DNA from: an uncultured Acidobacteriaceae bacterium
GTDB lineage: Bacteria > Acidobacteriota > Terriglobia > Terriglobales > Acidobacteriaceae
NCBI GenBank assembly: GCA_963794965.1
Contig: CAWCFQ010000004.1
Coordinates: 654,789-718,788 of the forward strand
Reading direction: 5' to 3'
DNA length: 64,000 bases
Shown here piece by piece: positions 18,648 through 28,592 of this stretch (its first letter is position 1; each line of letters opens with the position of its first letter). The notes under the pieces are model-generated. The model saw only the letters and a program-made list of their open reading frames with translations. It was not told where the DNA came from and did no database searches. A program made the translations under genes and the position numbers.

Positions 18648-19310
18648 CTACTTCTTCACGCACACCGAAACTCCATCGCGAATGGGCAAGATGGTAGTAA
18701 ACAGATGGGGCGACTCGCAGATCAGTTTGTTGAATTCGAGGATGGCCTTGGTTTGGGCGTCAGGTTTAGGCTTGCCCAGCTTGCCGCTCCACAGGACGTT
18801 ATCCGTGATAAAAAGACCGCCGCTTTTCAGCCGCGGCAGGGCGAGACGAGGGACGCGCGGGTAGTCGGTCTTATCGACGTCATTGAAAATAATGTCATAC
18901 TGCTCCTTCTCTTCCGAGAGAATTTCGAGCGCGTCGCCCACCCGAACCTTGATGCGCTGGCTGACTCCAGCACGATCGAAGTAGCGGCGCGCTTTTTCGG
19001 CGCGCTTGCGGTCACCGTCGGTATAAATGACCACCCCCCGTTCACCCACTGCCCGCGCCCACCAGATAGTGGAGTAGCCGATCGCCGAGCCCATTTCAAA
19101 TACTTTCTTCGCGCCGCTGATCGTTGCCAGTTGATACAGCACGCGAGCGACGACAGGGCCGACGATGGGCACGTCATTTTGGGCGGCGTCAGCTTCCATC
19201 TCGGCGAGAACTTCGTCGCGCGCCGGCAGCATTGCGTACAGGTAGTCTTCGACTTCTGGAACGGTAATCCCGCCCATGCGCCAGTCAGGCTTCGGCGATT
19301 GATTCGTCAT
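18648..19310 (-). CDS. Class I SAM-dependent O-methyltransferase (caffeoyl-CoA OMT-like)
   Basis: VFEMGSAIGYSTIWWA, DIIFNDVDK and GGLFITDNVLW motifs. Confidence 0.8.
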   Translation of the reverse strand: MTNQSPKPDWRMGGITVPEVEDYLYAMLPARDEVLAEMEADAAQNDVPIVGPVVARVLYQLATISGAKKVFEMGSAIGYSTIWWARAVGERGVVIYTDGDRKRAEKARRYFDRAGVSQRIKVRVGDALEILSEEKEQYDIIFNDVDKTDYPRVPRLALPRLKSGGLFITDNVLWSGKLGKPKPDAQTKAILEFNKLICESPHLFTTILPIRDGVSVCVKK

Positions 19311-19360
19311 GCAGGTCCTTACGGTGGAGATTTAACAACTCGTCACCAAGAAATCGACGC

Positions 19361-20062
19361 TTATGCAATCGTCTTCCCCGGTTTCAGTTCCAGCACTTCC
19401 ACGCCAGGCGCCAGTTTCTGCAACTCGCCGGGCGTTCCGGTCAGCGGAGGAAACGTACCGAAGTGCATAGGGATGACAGTTTCCGGCTGCAGCAGTTTAC
19501 AAGCGTATGCAGCCTCGCGCGGCGACATCGTAAAAAGGTCGCCGATCGGCAGCATGGCAATCTTTGGGGCGTAGAGGTCGCGAATGATGGCCATGTCGCT
19601 GAAGACGTTGGTATCGCCTGCATGGTAGAGCTTGACTCCGTTCGAAAATTCAAGCACGTAGCCGCAGGCTTCACCGCCGTAGATGATCTGGTCGCCATCC
19701 TGAATGCCGCAGGAATGCACCGCGTGCACCATGGTGATCTTCACCCCAGCGACGGTTTGCGTGCCGCCCTTATTCATGGGCGCGATCTGTTGGACGCCCT
19801 TCTTCTGCAGCCACAAGCAAAGCTCGTAGATGCCAACGGCGATCGGATTGAACTTCTTGCCCACCTCGACCGCATCCCCGATGTGATCGCCATGCCCGTG
19901 AGTGCAGAGCAGCACGTCGGCTTTCTTGACGTTCTTCTCACTTTCCGGGCACGCGGGGTTGCCGGCAATCCACGGATCGACGTAGAGTGTCTTCCCTTCC
20001 GGCGTCAGAATGCGGAATGTGGAGTGCCCAAGCCATGTAAGTTGGATTCCTTGAAGCTTCAC
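19361..20062 (-). CDS. Metal-dependent hydrolase, MBL fold (UPF0173-like)
   Basis: LTWLGHSTF, LCTHGHGDHIGD and YHAGDT motifs. Confidence 0.85.
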   Translation of the reverse strand: MKLQGIQLTWLGHSTFRILTPEGKTLYVDPWIAGNPACPESEKNVKKADVLLCTHGHGDHIGDAVEVGKKFNPIAVGIYELCLWLQKKGVQQIAPMNKGGTQTVAGVKITMVHAVHSCGIQDGDQIIYGGEACGYVLEFSNGVKLYHAGDTNVFSDMAIIRDLYAPKIAMLPIGDLFTMSPREAAYACKLLQPETVIPMHFGTFPPLTGTPGELQKLAPGVEVLELKPGKTIA

Positions 20063-20247
20063 GAAATCCTCCAGGTAAGTTGCAAGCTGCGAAGTAGCAT
20101 TCTAGTGACGCCGGCAAAAGCGCGCAACGGGAGCACGCGGGCCGCAATGCCACTTCGTTTGGTGGAGCGGCGGCCGACCCTCCACGAACTTCCCCGGGTG
20201 CAAATCATTCCGGCTGCGCGCAACCTCGTGTATTAAGATGGTGGGCC

Positions 20248-20805
20248 ATGCCTGACCTCAAAGTATTGCTGTCACGCGAAACGATTGCCAAGCGGGTCGC
20301 CGAGATGGGTGCAGAGATTGCGCGCGATTTTCGCGGTCAATCGATTATCTTCGTCGGCGTTCTCAAGGGCGCGGCCGTTTTCCTGAGCGATCTGGCGCGC
20401 CAGGTCCCGCTCGACGCCACCTTCGACTTTATCGGAGTTTCCAGTTACGGAAACCGTCCCACCCCCAATGAAGATCCGGCGGGCCACGCGGCCTGGGATT
20501 CGCTCGGCGAGGTGCGCTTGACCAAAGACATGGATCAATCGCTGGCCGGCCGAAACGTGATTCTGGTCGAAGACATCCTCGATACCGGGCTGACCTTGAA
20601 CTACATTTCGAAGCTGGTCCAGGCGCATCAGCCAAGATCGTTGCGCATTGCGGCCTTGCTCGACAAGCCCTCGCGCCGCAAGCAGCCGATCCAGGCGCAA
20701 TACATAGGTTTCACCATCCCCGACGCCTACGTGGTCGGCTACGGTTTGGACTACGCGGGAAAATACCGCAATCTTCCGGATATCTGTGTGTTGGAGAATT
20801 TGTAA
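20248..20805 (+). CDS. hpt: Hypoxanthine phosphoribosyltransferase
   Basis: VGVLKGA, the VILVEDILDTGLTL PRPP-binding motif, and VVGYGLDY. Confidence 0.93.
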   Translation: MPDLKVLLSRETIAKRVAEMGAEIARDFRGQSIIFVGVLKGAAVFLSDLARQVPLDATFDFIGVSSYGNRPTPNEDPAGHAAWDSLGEVRLTKDMDQSLAGRNVILVEDILDTGLTLNYISKLVQAHQPRSLRIAALLDKPSRRKQPIQAQYIGFTIPDAYVVGYGLDYAGKYRNLPDICVLENL

Positions 20806-20871
20806 TTGGTGATTTGCACTTTGTAATTTTGAAACCTGGCGTTTTCGCTTTTCAATTACCAATTACAAATG
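20797..20871. repeat. Word hairpin, TAATTGGT / ACCAATTA family
   Basis: aatttgtaattggtgatt (20797-20814) pairs with aattaccaattacaaat (20854-20870), with 1 internal mismatch. Homologous to 9378-9450. Confidence 0.7.
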
Positions 20872-20899
20872 CTTAATCGCAAATTTCTCGGCTGCTAGA

Positions 20900-22663
20900 A
20901 TGAAGCTTGTGAAAACGACTGAACACGCCTCCGAGATGGAACCCCTCTTGCTGGAAGTGGCCGACGTGGTCAATACCACGCTCGACCTGGAAACCACGCT
21001 GCGCCGCGTGGCGGAACTGGTCCGCAAGGTCATTGACTACGAAATCTTCGCCATCCTGTTGCTCAACGAACAGCGCCAGGAATTGTACGTCCGCTTCCAT
21101 GTCGGGTATCCCCAGGAAGTCGCCGACCGCTTGCGCGTGAAACTGGGCCAGGGCGTAACGGGACGCGCGGCGCAAACTCGGCAAGCCGTGCTGGTTGCCG
21201 ATGCGACGCTGGAAGATTTTTACATTGCGGCGCTGCCCAACGTTCACTCCGAGCTCGCCATTCCCCTGATCGTCAAGAATCGGGTGATCGGCGTGATCGA
21301 CATTGAGGCCCGCGAAAAGGGCTATTTCACCGAAGAGCATAAACGTCTGCTGACGCTGATCGCGTCGCGCATGGCGATTGGCATTGAGAATGCGCGCCTG
21401 CACACGCGCATGACGCGCCAGGCCCGCACCCTCCTTCTTTTGAACGAAATTGCGCGCGAACTCACGTCCATTCTGAACCTCGACGAATTGCTCAAGCGCA
21501 TCGCCGAACTGCTCAACCGCCTGATCGAGTACCAGATGTTCAGCATTCTCTTGGTCGACGCAACCGGCGAAAAACTGCAGCACCGATTTTCGCAGCGCTT
21601 CGAGGAACGTCTCCATTTGAAGCACGACATTCCGCTCGGCCGCGGCGTAGTGGGCTACGCCGCACAGGCCAAGGAAGCGATCCTCGTGCCTGACGTCACC
21701 AAGAGTGAGCGCTACATTGCGGTGAATCCGGAGACGCGCTCGGAATTGGCGGTCCCGCTGATCTACCAGGAGAAGGTAATCGGCGTGCTCGATCTGGAGC
21801 ACACCCGTCGCGGCTATTTCACCGAAGATCACAAGCGGACCCTGACCACGCTGGCGGCGCAGCTTGCCATCGCCATCGAAAACGCCCGGTTGTACGAGCA
21901 GATTGCCCGGCAAGAGCAGCGCCTGGAACGCGAATTAGCCTTGGCGCGCGAGCTGCAGTTTCGTTTGCTGCCGCATTCGCGTCCGAAGATGCAGCATCTC
22001 GATGTCGAGGCGAAGTTTGTTCCCGCGCGCGCCATCGGCGGCGATCTCTACGACTTTGTTCCCTATTCCCTGTCGCGCCTGGGGATCGCGATTGGAGACG
22101 TAAGCGGCAAAGGCGCGCCCGCTGCCATTTATGCCGCGCTCGTCAGCGGCATTCTGCGTTCCCACGCACCGATTGAACCCGGTCCGGCGGAGATGCTTTC
22201 AGCGGTGAATTTGTCGCTGGCGGAACGCCGGATCGCCGCGCAGTTCGTTTCGATCATCTACGCCGTGTGGGATGACGAGAAGCGCACCCTGCTGGTGGCG
22301 AATTCCGGCTTGCCGCGGCCCATCTACTCACATGACGGCAAAATTGAGTTCATAGAGGCGACTGGGTTGCCGCTCGGCCTGTTCGATGAAGCCGAATACG
22401 ACGAATTCAGTTTCAAGGCCAAGCCCGGAGATCTCTTCGTGTTCTACAGCGACGGCATTCTCGACGCGCGCAACCGGCATGGGCAATCTTTTGGGCCGGA
22501 GCGTGTGGAAGCAATCGTAGCCGGCTGCACCACCAAGTCGGCGGACTGCGTGGTAAACGAAATCTTCAAAGCGGTTACCGAGCACGCCGCGGGGGTGGAT
22601 ACGTTCGATGATCAGACCGTAGTCGCCATCAAAGTGAAATCCGGTCCAGGCAAACGCAAGTGA
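20900..22663 (+). CDS. GAF-domain(s) plus PP2C/SpoIIE-family serine phosphatase (RsbU-like)
   Basis: Repeated GAF patterns (GVTGRAA..., SELAIPL, VIGVIDIE / GVVGYAA..., SELAVPL, VIGVLDLE). The C-terminus shows GGDLYDF, IGDVSGKG and DDQTVVAIK motifs. Confidence 0.88.
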   Translation: MKLVKTTEHASEMEPLLLEVADVVNTTLDLETTLRRVAELVRKVIDYEIFAILLLNEQRQELYVRFHVGYPQEVADRLRVKLGQGVTGRAAQTRQAVLVADATLEDFYIAALPNVHSELAIPLIVKNRVIGVIDIEAREKGYFTEEHKRLLTLIASRMAIGIENARLHTRMTRQARTLLLLNEIARELTSILNLDELLKRIAELLNRLIEYQMFSILLVDATGEKLQHRFSQRFEERLHLKHDIPLGRGVVGYAAQAKEAILVPDVTKSERYIAVNPETRSELAVPLIYQEKVIGVLDLEHTRRGYFTEDHKRTLTTLAAQLAIAIENARLYEQIARQEQRLERELALARELQFRLLPHSRPKMQHLDVEAKFVPARAIGGDLYDFVPYSLSRLGIAIGDVSGKGAPAAIYAALVSGILRSHAPIEPGPAEMLSAVNLSLAERRIAAQFVSIIYAVWDDEKRTLLVANSGLPRPIYSHDGKIEFIEATGLPLGLFDEAEYDEFSFKAKPGDLFVFYSDGILDARNRHGQSFGPERVEAIVAGCTTKSADCVVNEIFKAVTEHAAGVDTFDDQTVVAIKVKSGPGKRK

Positions 22664-23967
22664 AACGCCTACGCGAATCGAAGGCGTTGCGACCGCCCGC
22701 CTTTGAGTATCGTGGTGCGGCTCCGGGGGGGAGCGCAAGCGAACTTTACTGCGAGGCGGTAGCGCTTGCAGATCTTGCCGCGCGCCACGGAACCCCGCTA
22801 TACGTCTATTCCGCGGCGATGATTCGTGCGCGCTTGCATGCCTTCGCTTGCGCCTTTCGGTCCATTCCGCACACGCTGTGTTATTCGGTGAAAGCTAATT
22901 CGACGCTGGCGATTCTGCGGCTGGTGGCCGGCGAAGCGGCTGGCTTCGATGTGGTTTCTGGCGGAGAACTGCAACGGGCGCTGCGCGTAAGCCGGAAGGC
23001 TGCAAGGAAGATTGTGTTCTCCGGCGTGGGTAAGACCGCGGCAGAGATGGAACTCGCTCTCCGTTCGGGAATATTGCTGTTCAACATTGAAAGCGCTTCA
23101 GAATTAAATTTGCTTTCTGCCACCGCGACACGATTGAGAAAACGAGCGGTGGTAGCGGTGCGGGTCAATCCCGATGTCTCCGCAAAAACCCATCCTTATA
23201 TTTCGACCGGACTGCATCAGCACAAGTTCGGCGTGCCCATCCCCGAGGCGCGGACGCTCTACGCGCTGGCCGCGAAGCAGCCTTATCTGAAAGTCGCCGG
23301 AGTGAGTGTCCACATCGGATCGCAGATTACCGAGGTCGGTTCTTTTCGAGCGGCGCTCGAGCGCGTGGCCGATCTGGTCCGCGTTCTGCGCGAACAGGGT
23401 CACCACATCCGCTATATCGACGCCGGCGGCGGCTTGGGAATTTCCTACCAGGGAGCGCAGGGCGATTTTGAGAAGCAGATTGCGGCGTATGCGAAGGCCG
23501 TGCTGGGTCCGCTGCGGGAATTGCAGTTGCATTTACTACTGGAGCCGGGACGTTCCATCGTTGGGCCAGCCGGTGTGTTACTGACGCGCGTCCTCTACCG
23601 GAAGACGAATAATCACAAGCGCTTTCTGATTGTCGATGCGGCGATGAATGATCTGCTGCGTCCATCGCTCTACAGCGCGTATCACGAGATTGTCCCAGTG
23701 AACCGCGACTCGCGTCCGGCCGAGGTTACTGATGTGGTCGGCCCCATCTGCGAGACCGGCGACTTTTTCGCGCGCGACCGAAAGCTTCCACGGGTCAGCG
23801 AAGGCGACCTTCTGGCCATTCTCGACGTCGGCGCCTACGGCGCGGTGCTGGGATCAAACTACAATACGCGCGGCCGGGCGGCAGAGGTGCTGGTGGATGG
23901 TGCGAGGGCCAGAGTGATCCGGCGACGAGAAAGCCTGCAGGATCAACTGCGGATGGAAGTCGTCTAA
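22660..23967 (+). CDS. lysA: Diaminopimelate decarboxylase
   Basis: GTPLYVY, the YSVKAN PLP-lysine motif, HIGSQ, GGGLGI, EPGRSIVG and CETGD. The GTG start overlaps the upstream stop. Confidence 0.92.
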   Translation: MKRLRESKALRPPAFEYRGAAPGGSASELYCEAVALADLAARHGTPLYVYSAAMIRARLHAFACAFRSIPHTLCYSVKANSTLAILRLVAGEAAGFDVVSGGELQRALRVSRKAARKIVFSGVGKTAAEMELALRSGILLFNIESASELNLLSATATRLRKRAVVAVRVNPDVSAKTHPYISTGLHQHKFGVPIPEARTLYALAAKQPYLKVAGVSVHIGSQITEVGSFRAALERVADLVRVLREQGHHIRYIDAGGGLGISYQGAQGDFEKQIAAYAKAVLGPLRELQLHLLLEPGRSIVGPAGVLLTRVLYRKTNNHKRFLIVDAAMNDLLRPSLYSAYHEIVPVNRDSRPAEVTDVVGPICETGDFFARDRKLPRVSEGDLLAILDVGAYGAVLGSNYNTRGRAAEVLVDGARARVIRRRESLQDQLRMEVV

Positions 23968-23990
23968 CTTCGAATATTATGGAGGCGATT

Positions 23991-24635
23991 ATGAAACGGC
24001 GTTTGTTTTGGAGAAGTCGCCCGCGTTTGGCCGCAAAGACGTTCCTTGCGTATTCAGTGCTCGCTGGCCTTGCAGCCTTGTTAGCCTTCGCCCAGGACGA
24101 GTATACCTATGTGTTTCACCCCAATCAGGAGGTCCGCGTCGCCAATCTGCCAGCGCTAACGGCAGCGTCGACTGACCCATCCGCGGTGCTCGCCGCAGCG
24201 CTGGAGACAATCATCCGCGACCAAGCCGTGTGCTGCGGAAAGGATTCTGCCCTCGAAGATACGGTACAGGCAGCTTCTCCGTCATTGCGGGAACTCAGTG
24301 CCAAATTGCAGGGAAAGCATGTCATGATCGACGGCCGCTCCGTAATGGTGAATGCGGACTATGTCCCGCAAAGCTCGATTACTCCCGATCTAATGATCAG
24401 TGCCCTGATCGACCAACACCCCCTGCTAATCAAGTGGAAGTCGCACTTCTACGTGCTCTACGGAGCGATCTACGATGAGACCGTCTATTCCAGCGGGCAG
24501 AGGCAATTCGCAGTCCACAAACTCTTATTGCTGGATCCACGCTTTTCTGACCGGCGCAGGCAAACCGAATTCAATCGCGACAGCGACGACTGGGGAAAAG
24601 TTGAGGGACTTTTGACGCTCTCGGTTGCGCGCTAA
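23991..24635 (+). CDS. Secreted hypothetical protein
   Basis: GGAGG lies 5 nt before the ATG at 23991. Signal anchor AAKTFLAYSVLAGLAALLAFAQD. No family recognised. Confidence 0.55.
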   Translation: MKRRLFWRSRPRLAAKTFLAYSVLAGLAALLAFAQDEYTYVFHPNQEVRVANLPALTAASTDPSAVLAAALETIIRDQAVCCGKDSALEDTVQAASPSLRELSAKLQGKHVMIDGRSVMVNADYVPQSSITPDLMISALIDQHPLLIKWKSHFYVLYGAIYDETVYSSGQRQFAVHKLLLLDPRFSDRRRQTEFNRDSDDWGKVEGLLTLSVAR

Positions 24636-24643
24636 TAACGCGA

Positions 24644-25570
24644 CTACAACGACTCGAGAAAGTTCGTCACCGCCCGCAGCACTGGCTCGGGCTGCTGGAT
24701 GAACAGTGCGTGCCCCAGGTTGCGGAACTTCACATGCGCGTGATGGGGCAACAACCGCGTGGCCAACGCCACATCGGCGTCCGACATCAGGCCGCCTAAT
24801 TCCGGGGTCCCTTGCAAAAGCAGTGTTGGACAAGCGATTCCACGCAACACCGTCTCGCCGTCCCAGCCTTCGAGCGACGACCCGTCCAGCGTCATTTCAT
24901 AAGCGTCAGGATCGGTTTGCTGCACCGAGCGCGCCCAGGAAAGCAGGTAGGGCTCATCGTTGCCGGGAAGTTCGCGGATCGTGACCGACCCGCCGCTTGG
25001 AACTCGCAACACAATCTTGCCGATGCCGTCCGCAATCTGCTCGACCGACCCCCCGCTGCGCGCCAGATCGCGCAGCCCCGAAAACAGCGCGGTGTACATC
25101 GGATTGCGAATTCGCTGGGCTACAATGATGTTGTCGCCAAGAACGAGAGCCCGCACCAGTTCCGGATGATGCGAAGCAACCCACATGCCCAACATGCCGC
25201 CCAGCGAATGTCCAAAGAGCACGGCGGGCGCCGAAACGCGCTCGCGCAAAAAGCAGGCTATGTCTTCAGCATACTGCGGCCCGTGGTAGCCGCGAGCCAC
25301 ATGGGAGGACTTGCCATGCCCGCGAAGGTCAGGCGCGAAGATATGCCAGCGCAGGCTCAGTGCGGGAATCACCGGCAGAAAGACTTGCCAGCGCCGGCCG
25401 AGTCCATGCAGCAGCACCAGCGGCGGACCATGCGCCGGCCCCTCGGCATAGTTCAGCTGAACGCCCAATCGAACTTCGCCGGCGTTGAAGGTGCGCTCGA
25501 CCAGCCCTGGATGATTCTCACTCACAACGCTCACCGGCTCGTGGCATCTCGGTCGTAATTTCCCAGACAA
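24644..25570 (-). CDS. Alpha/beta-fold hydrolase
   Basis: HGLGRRWQ, the GHSLGG nucleophile elbow, and a C-terminal His region. Confidence 0.85.
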   Translation of the reverse strand: MSGKLRPRCHEPVSVVSENHPGLVERTFNAGEVRLGVQLNYAEGPAHGPPLVLLHGLGRRWQVFLPVIPALSLRWHIFAPDLRGHGKSSHVARGYHGPQYAEDIACFLRERVSAPAVLFGHSLGGMLGMWVASHHPELVRALVLGDNIIVAQRIRNPMYTALFSGLRDLARSGGSVEQIADGIGKIVLRVPSGGSVTIRELPGNDEPYLLSWARSVQQTDPDAYEMTLDGSSLEGWDGETVLRGIACPTLLLQGTPELGGLMSDADVALATRLLPHHAHVKFRNLGHALFIQQPEPVLRAVTNFLESL

Positions 25571-25624
25571 TCCAAAAGCGAAGAACAGTCCCAGCGTTTC
25601 TCCACATGAGACCTGAGACCTGCT

Positions 25625-26533
25625 CTAGCGGTCTCCCCACTTCAGCTTGGTGGCAAGCACCTCGAAAAATGTCTTCTGAAAACGTAACAACCGCGCCGGA
25701 TGTTCGGCCTTCCCACAGCGCACGATGTCACCGTCCCGCACCGGCATTCCAACTTGTCCATCCATACTTAGATAGGCTTCTTCTTGCCCGGTCTTGACGT
25801 GGATTTCGATCGCGACCGTATCCCGCACGACCACCGGACGGTGCGTCAATCCGTGGGGCGAAACCGGCGTAATGACGAAGGCATCCACATCCGGTTTGAG
25901 AATCGGTCCGCCCGCTCCCAAAGAGTATGCGGTAGAACCGGTCGGCGTCGCGATGATCAGAGCGTCAGCTTTGTAGCTGGACACAAACTCCGCGTCCACG
26001 AAAAGGTCGAAGTAGTTCAGCCGCGCAATAGCACTTTTGCTCACGACGACATCGTTCAAAGCCTCGTGAGTTGCAACCACGCCTCCGCCCCGAACCAGGG
26101 AACAGACCAACATGGACCGGCTTTCCACCACGTATTCACCCTTGGCGACCGCCTCCAACGCGGGGTAAAGATCGGCCAGCGGCAACTCAGTAAGGAATCC
26201 AAGCGTGCCCAGGTTGATGCCGAGAATCAGCGTTCCGGCCTTCGCCACCGCGCGCGCCGCCGAAAGCAGCGTACCGTCGCCGCCGAGCACCAGAGCCAGA
26301 TGCGGCGACCGCGCCGCCAATTCGCTCCGCGCCATCACGCTCGATGCGGAAAAATAGGCTGCGCTTTCCTGGTCCGTTACCACCGAGTAGTTGCGCTCCT
26401 GCAGCCACTTCTGGAGCACTGGCAGTACTTTCGACAACTCCGGACGGTCTGGCTTGGAAATGATGGCAACCGTTTTCTGGCGGGTTGGAATGTGGGAGGA
26501 CTCGGGCATATTTGCGGAATTTTCCTCGGGCAT
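25625..26533 (-). CDS. nadK: NAD+ kinase
   Basis: VLGGDGTLLSAAR, GINLGTLGFL and ATPTGSTAYSLGAGGPI motifs. Confidence 0.93.
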   Translation of the reverse strand: MPEENSANMPESSHIPTRQKTVAIISKPDRPELSKVLPVLQKWLQERNYSVVTDQESAAYFSASSVMARSELAARSPHLALVLGGDGTLLSAARAVAKAGTLILGINLGTLGFLTELPLADLYPALEAVAKGEYVVESRSMLVCSLVRGGGVVATHEALNDVVVSKSAIARLNYFDLFVDAEFVSSYKADALIIATPTGSTAYSLGAGGPILKPDVDAFVITPVSPHGLTHRPVVVRDTVAIEIHVKTGQEEAYLSMDGQVGMPVRDGDIVRCGKAEHPARLLRFQKTFFEVLATKLKWGDR

Positions 26534-26554
26534 CGGACTTCCGATTGTACAGAA

Positions 26555-27307
26555 TCACCGGATGGCGGGCGGAGAAAACTCTGCGTGGAGCAGGAATTCG
26601 CGATTGCCTTCGCCGCCCAGAATGGGAGACTCGATCCATTCGGTGTGCACGCATCCTAGATCCAACAGCGCCGCTTCCACCTTGGCCACGGCCGCTCGTT
26701 GTGCCGATTCGTCACGCACAATCCCGCCCTTACCCACCAGTTCCCTGCCCGCCTCAAACTGCGGTTTCACCAGCACCACAATCTCGCCACAACCCGAAGC
26801 GGAACGAAGCACCGCCGGCAGCACCAGCGTAGCGGAGATAAAGGAGACATCCATAGCGATGAAATCAATCGGCTCGCCAACGTCGCCGGGCTTCAGATAA
26901 CGGGCGTTGGTTTTTTCCAACAGCCGAATGCGCGGGTCGTTGCGCAACCCAAAATCCATCTGCCCGTATCCGGTATCGACGGCAATCACTTTGGCGGCGC
27001 CGTGCTGCAGCATGCAGTCGCTGAAGCCTCCAGTGGAAGCGCCGACGTCAAGACAGACTTTGCCCTGGAGATCGATGCGCCAGTGCTCAAGAGCTTTCTC
27101 CAACTTAAGCCCGCCACGGCTGACGTAGCGGCGATCCGCGCCCAGCAGCCGCAAAACCGACGCCGAGCCGGAGTCAATCAGTGCGCCCGCCTTCTCGATC
27201 TTCTGCTCGTTCACCAGAACTTTTCCTGCGAGGATGAGGGCCTGCGCCCGCTCACGCGACGGCGCCAGACCTCGATCCACCAGCAACTTGTCGAGACGTG
27301 TCTTCAT
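26555..27307 (-). CDS. tlyA: TlyA-family rRNA (cytidine-2'-O)-methyltransferase
   Basis: S4-like MKTRLDKLLVDRGLAPSRERA, YVSRGGLKL, DVGASTGGFSD and KPQFE motifs. The ATG at 27307 is preferred because the upstream extension runs through a palindromic repeat. Confidence 0.9.
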   Translation of the reverse strand: MKTRLDKLLVDRGLAPSRERAQALILAGKVLVNEQKIEKAGALIDSGSASVLRLLGADRRYVSRGGLKLEKALEHWRIDLQGKVCLDVGASTGGFSDCMLQHGAAKVIAVDTGYGQMDFGLRNDPRIRLLEKTNARYLKPGDVGEPIDFIAMDVSFISATLVLPAVLRSASGCGEIVVLVKPQFEAGRELVGKGGIVRDESAQRAAVAKVEAALLDLGCVHTEWIESPILGGEGNREFLLHAEFSPPAIR

Positions 27308-27330
27308 TGAGCACAACGCCAATTTTCTTC

Positions 27331-27359
27331 GTAGAGAGAGACGGGGCTCGCCCCGTCTC
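27331..27359. repeat. Palindrome GTAGAGA-GAGACGGGGC-TC-GCCCCGTCTC
   Basis: 10-bp stem at 27338-27359. Same family as 12418-12442. Confidence 0.8.
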
Positions 27360-27517
27360 GGGAGATCAGATTCCCCTTCACTGGCGGCGAATGGCACGAT
27401 GCAGCTAGCACCCGATGCAGTGCAGAATGTTGAAACGATTAGTTAACAGGAGGTTACAGGAATAAGTCCCCGCTTTTCCACAAACTTTTCCTCAGTGGTG
27501 TTGAAAAGTGAGAGAGG

Positions 27518-27600
27518 CATCGGGCGATCGGGTCATCGAAAACCAAAGACAAAGTAGTTTTGGAATTCAGATGACCCGATGACCCGATCATCCGATGACG
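27518..27600. repeat. Word hairpin, GATCGGGTCATC / GATGACCCGAT family
   Basis: Left arm is catcgggcgatcgggtcatcg and right arm is gatgacccgatgacccgatcatccgatgacg, with a 13-bp perfect core. It lies directly 3' of yebC. Confidence 0.7.
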
Positions 27601-28347
27601 TCAGCCGGCAACTTCTTCCAGCAGCTTCTGGTCAATATCGAAGTTGGCATGCACGTTCTGCACATCGTCGCAATCTTCGAGCGCTTCCATCAACCGGATC
27701 ATCTGCGCCGCCTGCTGTCCTTCCAGCTTGATGTAGGTATCCGGAATCATAGCCACGCTCGATGAAACGGGGGTGATGCCGGCCTTCTTCACGGCCTCCA
27801 AGACGTTTTCGTAGGCGGAAGTGTCAGTCAGGATTTCCCAGTTCTCGCCATCATCCTTCAAATCTTCACCGCCCGCTTCCAGGATGATGTTCATCAGATC
27901 GTCTTCCTTGGCTGCCGACTTGGGAATGATAATGTCGCCCTTCTTGTGGAACATATACGCGACGGCGCCCGCCGAGGCCATATTGCCATTGTTCTTGCCA
28001 AACACGTGCCGGATTTCGCTGACCGTACGATTGCGGTTGTCGGTGGAAATCTCGGCCAGCAAAGCCACGCCGCCGGGGCCATAGCCCTCCAGCACAAATT
28101 CCTCGTAGCTCGCGCCCGGCAATTCGCCGGTGCCGCGCTGGATGGCGCGTTTGATGTTGTCGGCAGGCATGTTCTCGGCCTTAGCTGCCACGATGGCCGT
28201 GCGCAAGCGCGGGTTCATGTCAGGATCGCCGCCCGACTTCGCCGCCATCGCAATTTCCTTAATGAGACGGGTGAAGATCTTGCCGCGCTTGGCGTCAAGC
28301 GCGCCCTTCTTGTGCTTGATGGTTGCCCACTTCGAATGGCCGGACAT
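27601..28347 (-). CDS. yebC: YebC/PmpR-family DNA-binding transcriptional regulator
   Basis: [28 protein letters not shown] is the canonical N-terminus. Confidence 0.93.
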   Translation of the reverse strand: MSGHSKWATIKHKKGALDAKRGKIFTRLIKEIAMAAKSGGDPDMNPRLRTAIVAAKAENMPADNIKRAIQRGTGELPGASYEEFVLEGYGPGGVALLAEISTDNRNRTVSEIRHVFGKNNGNMASAGAVAYMFHKKGDIIIPKSAAKEDDLMNIILEAGGEDLKDDGENWEILTDTSAYENVLEAVKKAGITPVSSSVAMIPDTYIKLEGQQAAQMIRLMEALEDCDDVQNVHANFDIDQKLLEEVAG

Positions 28348-28592
28348 AGCTCTACCTCGTATCTTCTCTCTGTAAAACGAGAACTTGAATGGCGCAGATT
28401 CTCGAAATTATGGATCCGCCCGCGGAGGAAATCACAGGATCAGCCTCGACGTAAATCGTTCAGGCGAATGGAGATTATAGCATGAGCCGGGCGGTCCTCC
28501 CGTGGCCTTCCGTTGGTGCGGCAGTGCCTTGGCGCTGCAGCGACTTAGTGCTCAGCAGGCAAGACATGAGGTAACCTTGTCGGGAATCTCCC

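Noticed and set aside
18705-19574. 289-aa plus-strand ORF spanning the O-methyltransferase and MBL hydrolase loci
   Set aside because: It crosses two well-supported minus-strand genes and their intergenic gap, and its composition is wrong-frame.
20873-21913. 346-aa minus-strand ORF opposite the GAF-PP2C gene
   Set aside because: It is a shadow ORF. The plus frame carries clear GAF and PP2C motifs.
25588-25622. Possible third, miniature copy of the GTGTCAGG/CCTGAGAC hairpin (gtcccag ... gagacctgagacctg)
   Set aside because: Only about 7 bp can pair and the left arm has no tandem words. This is too weak to call as a feature.
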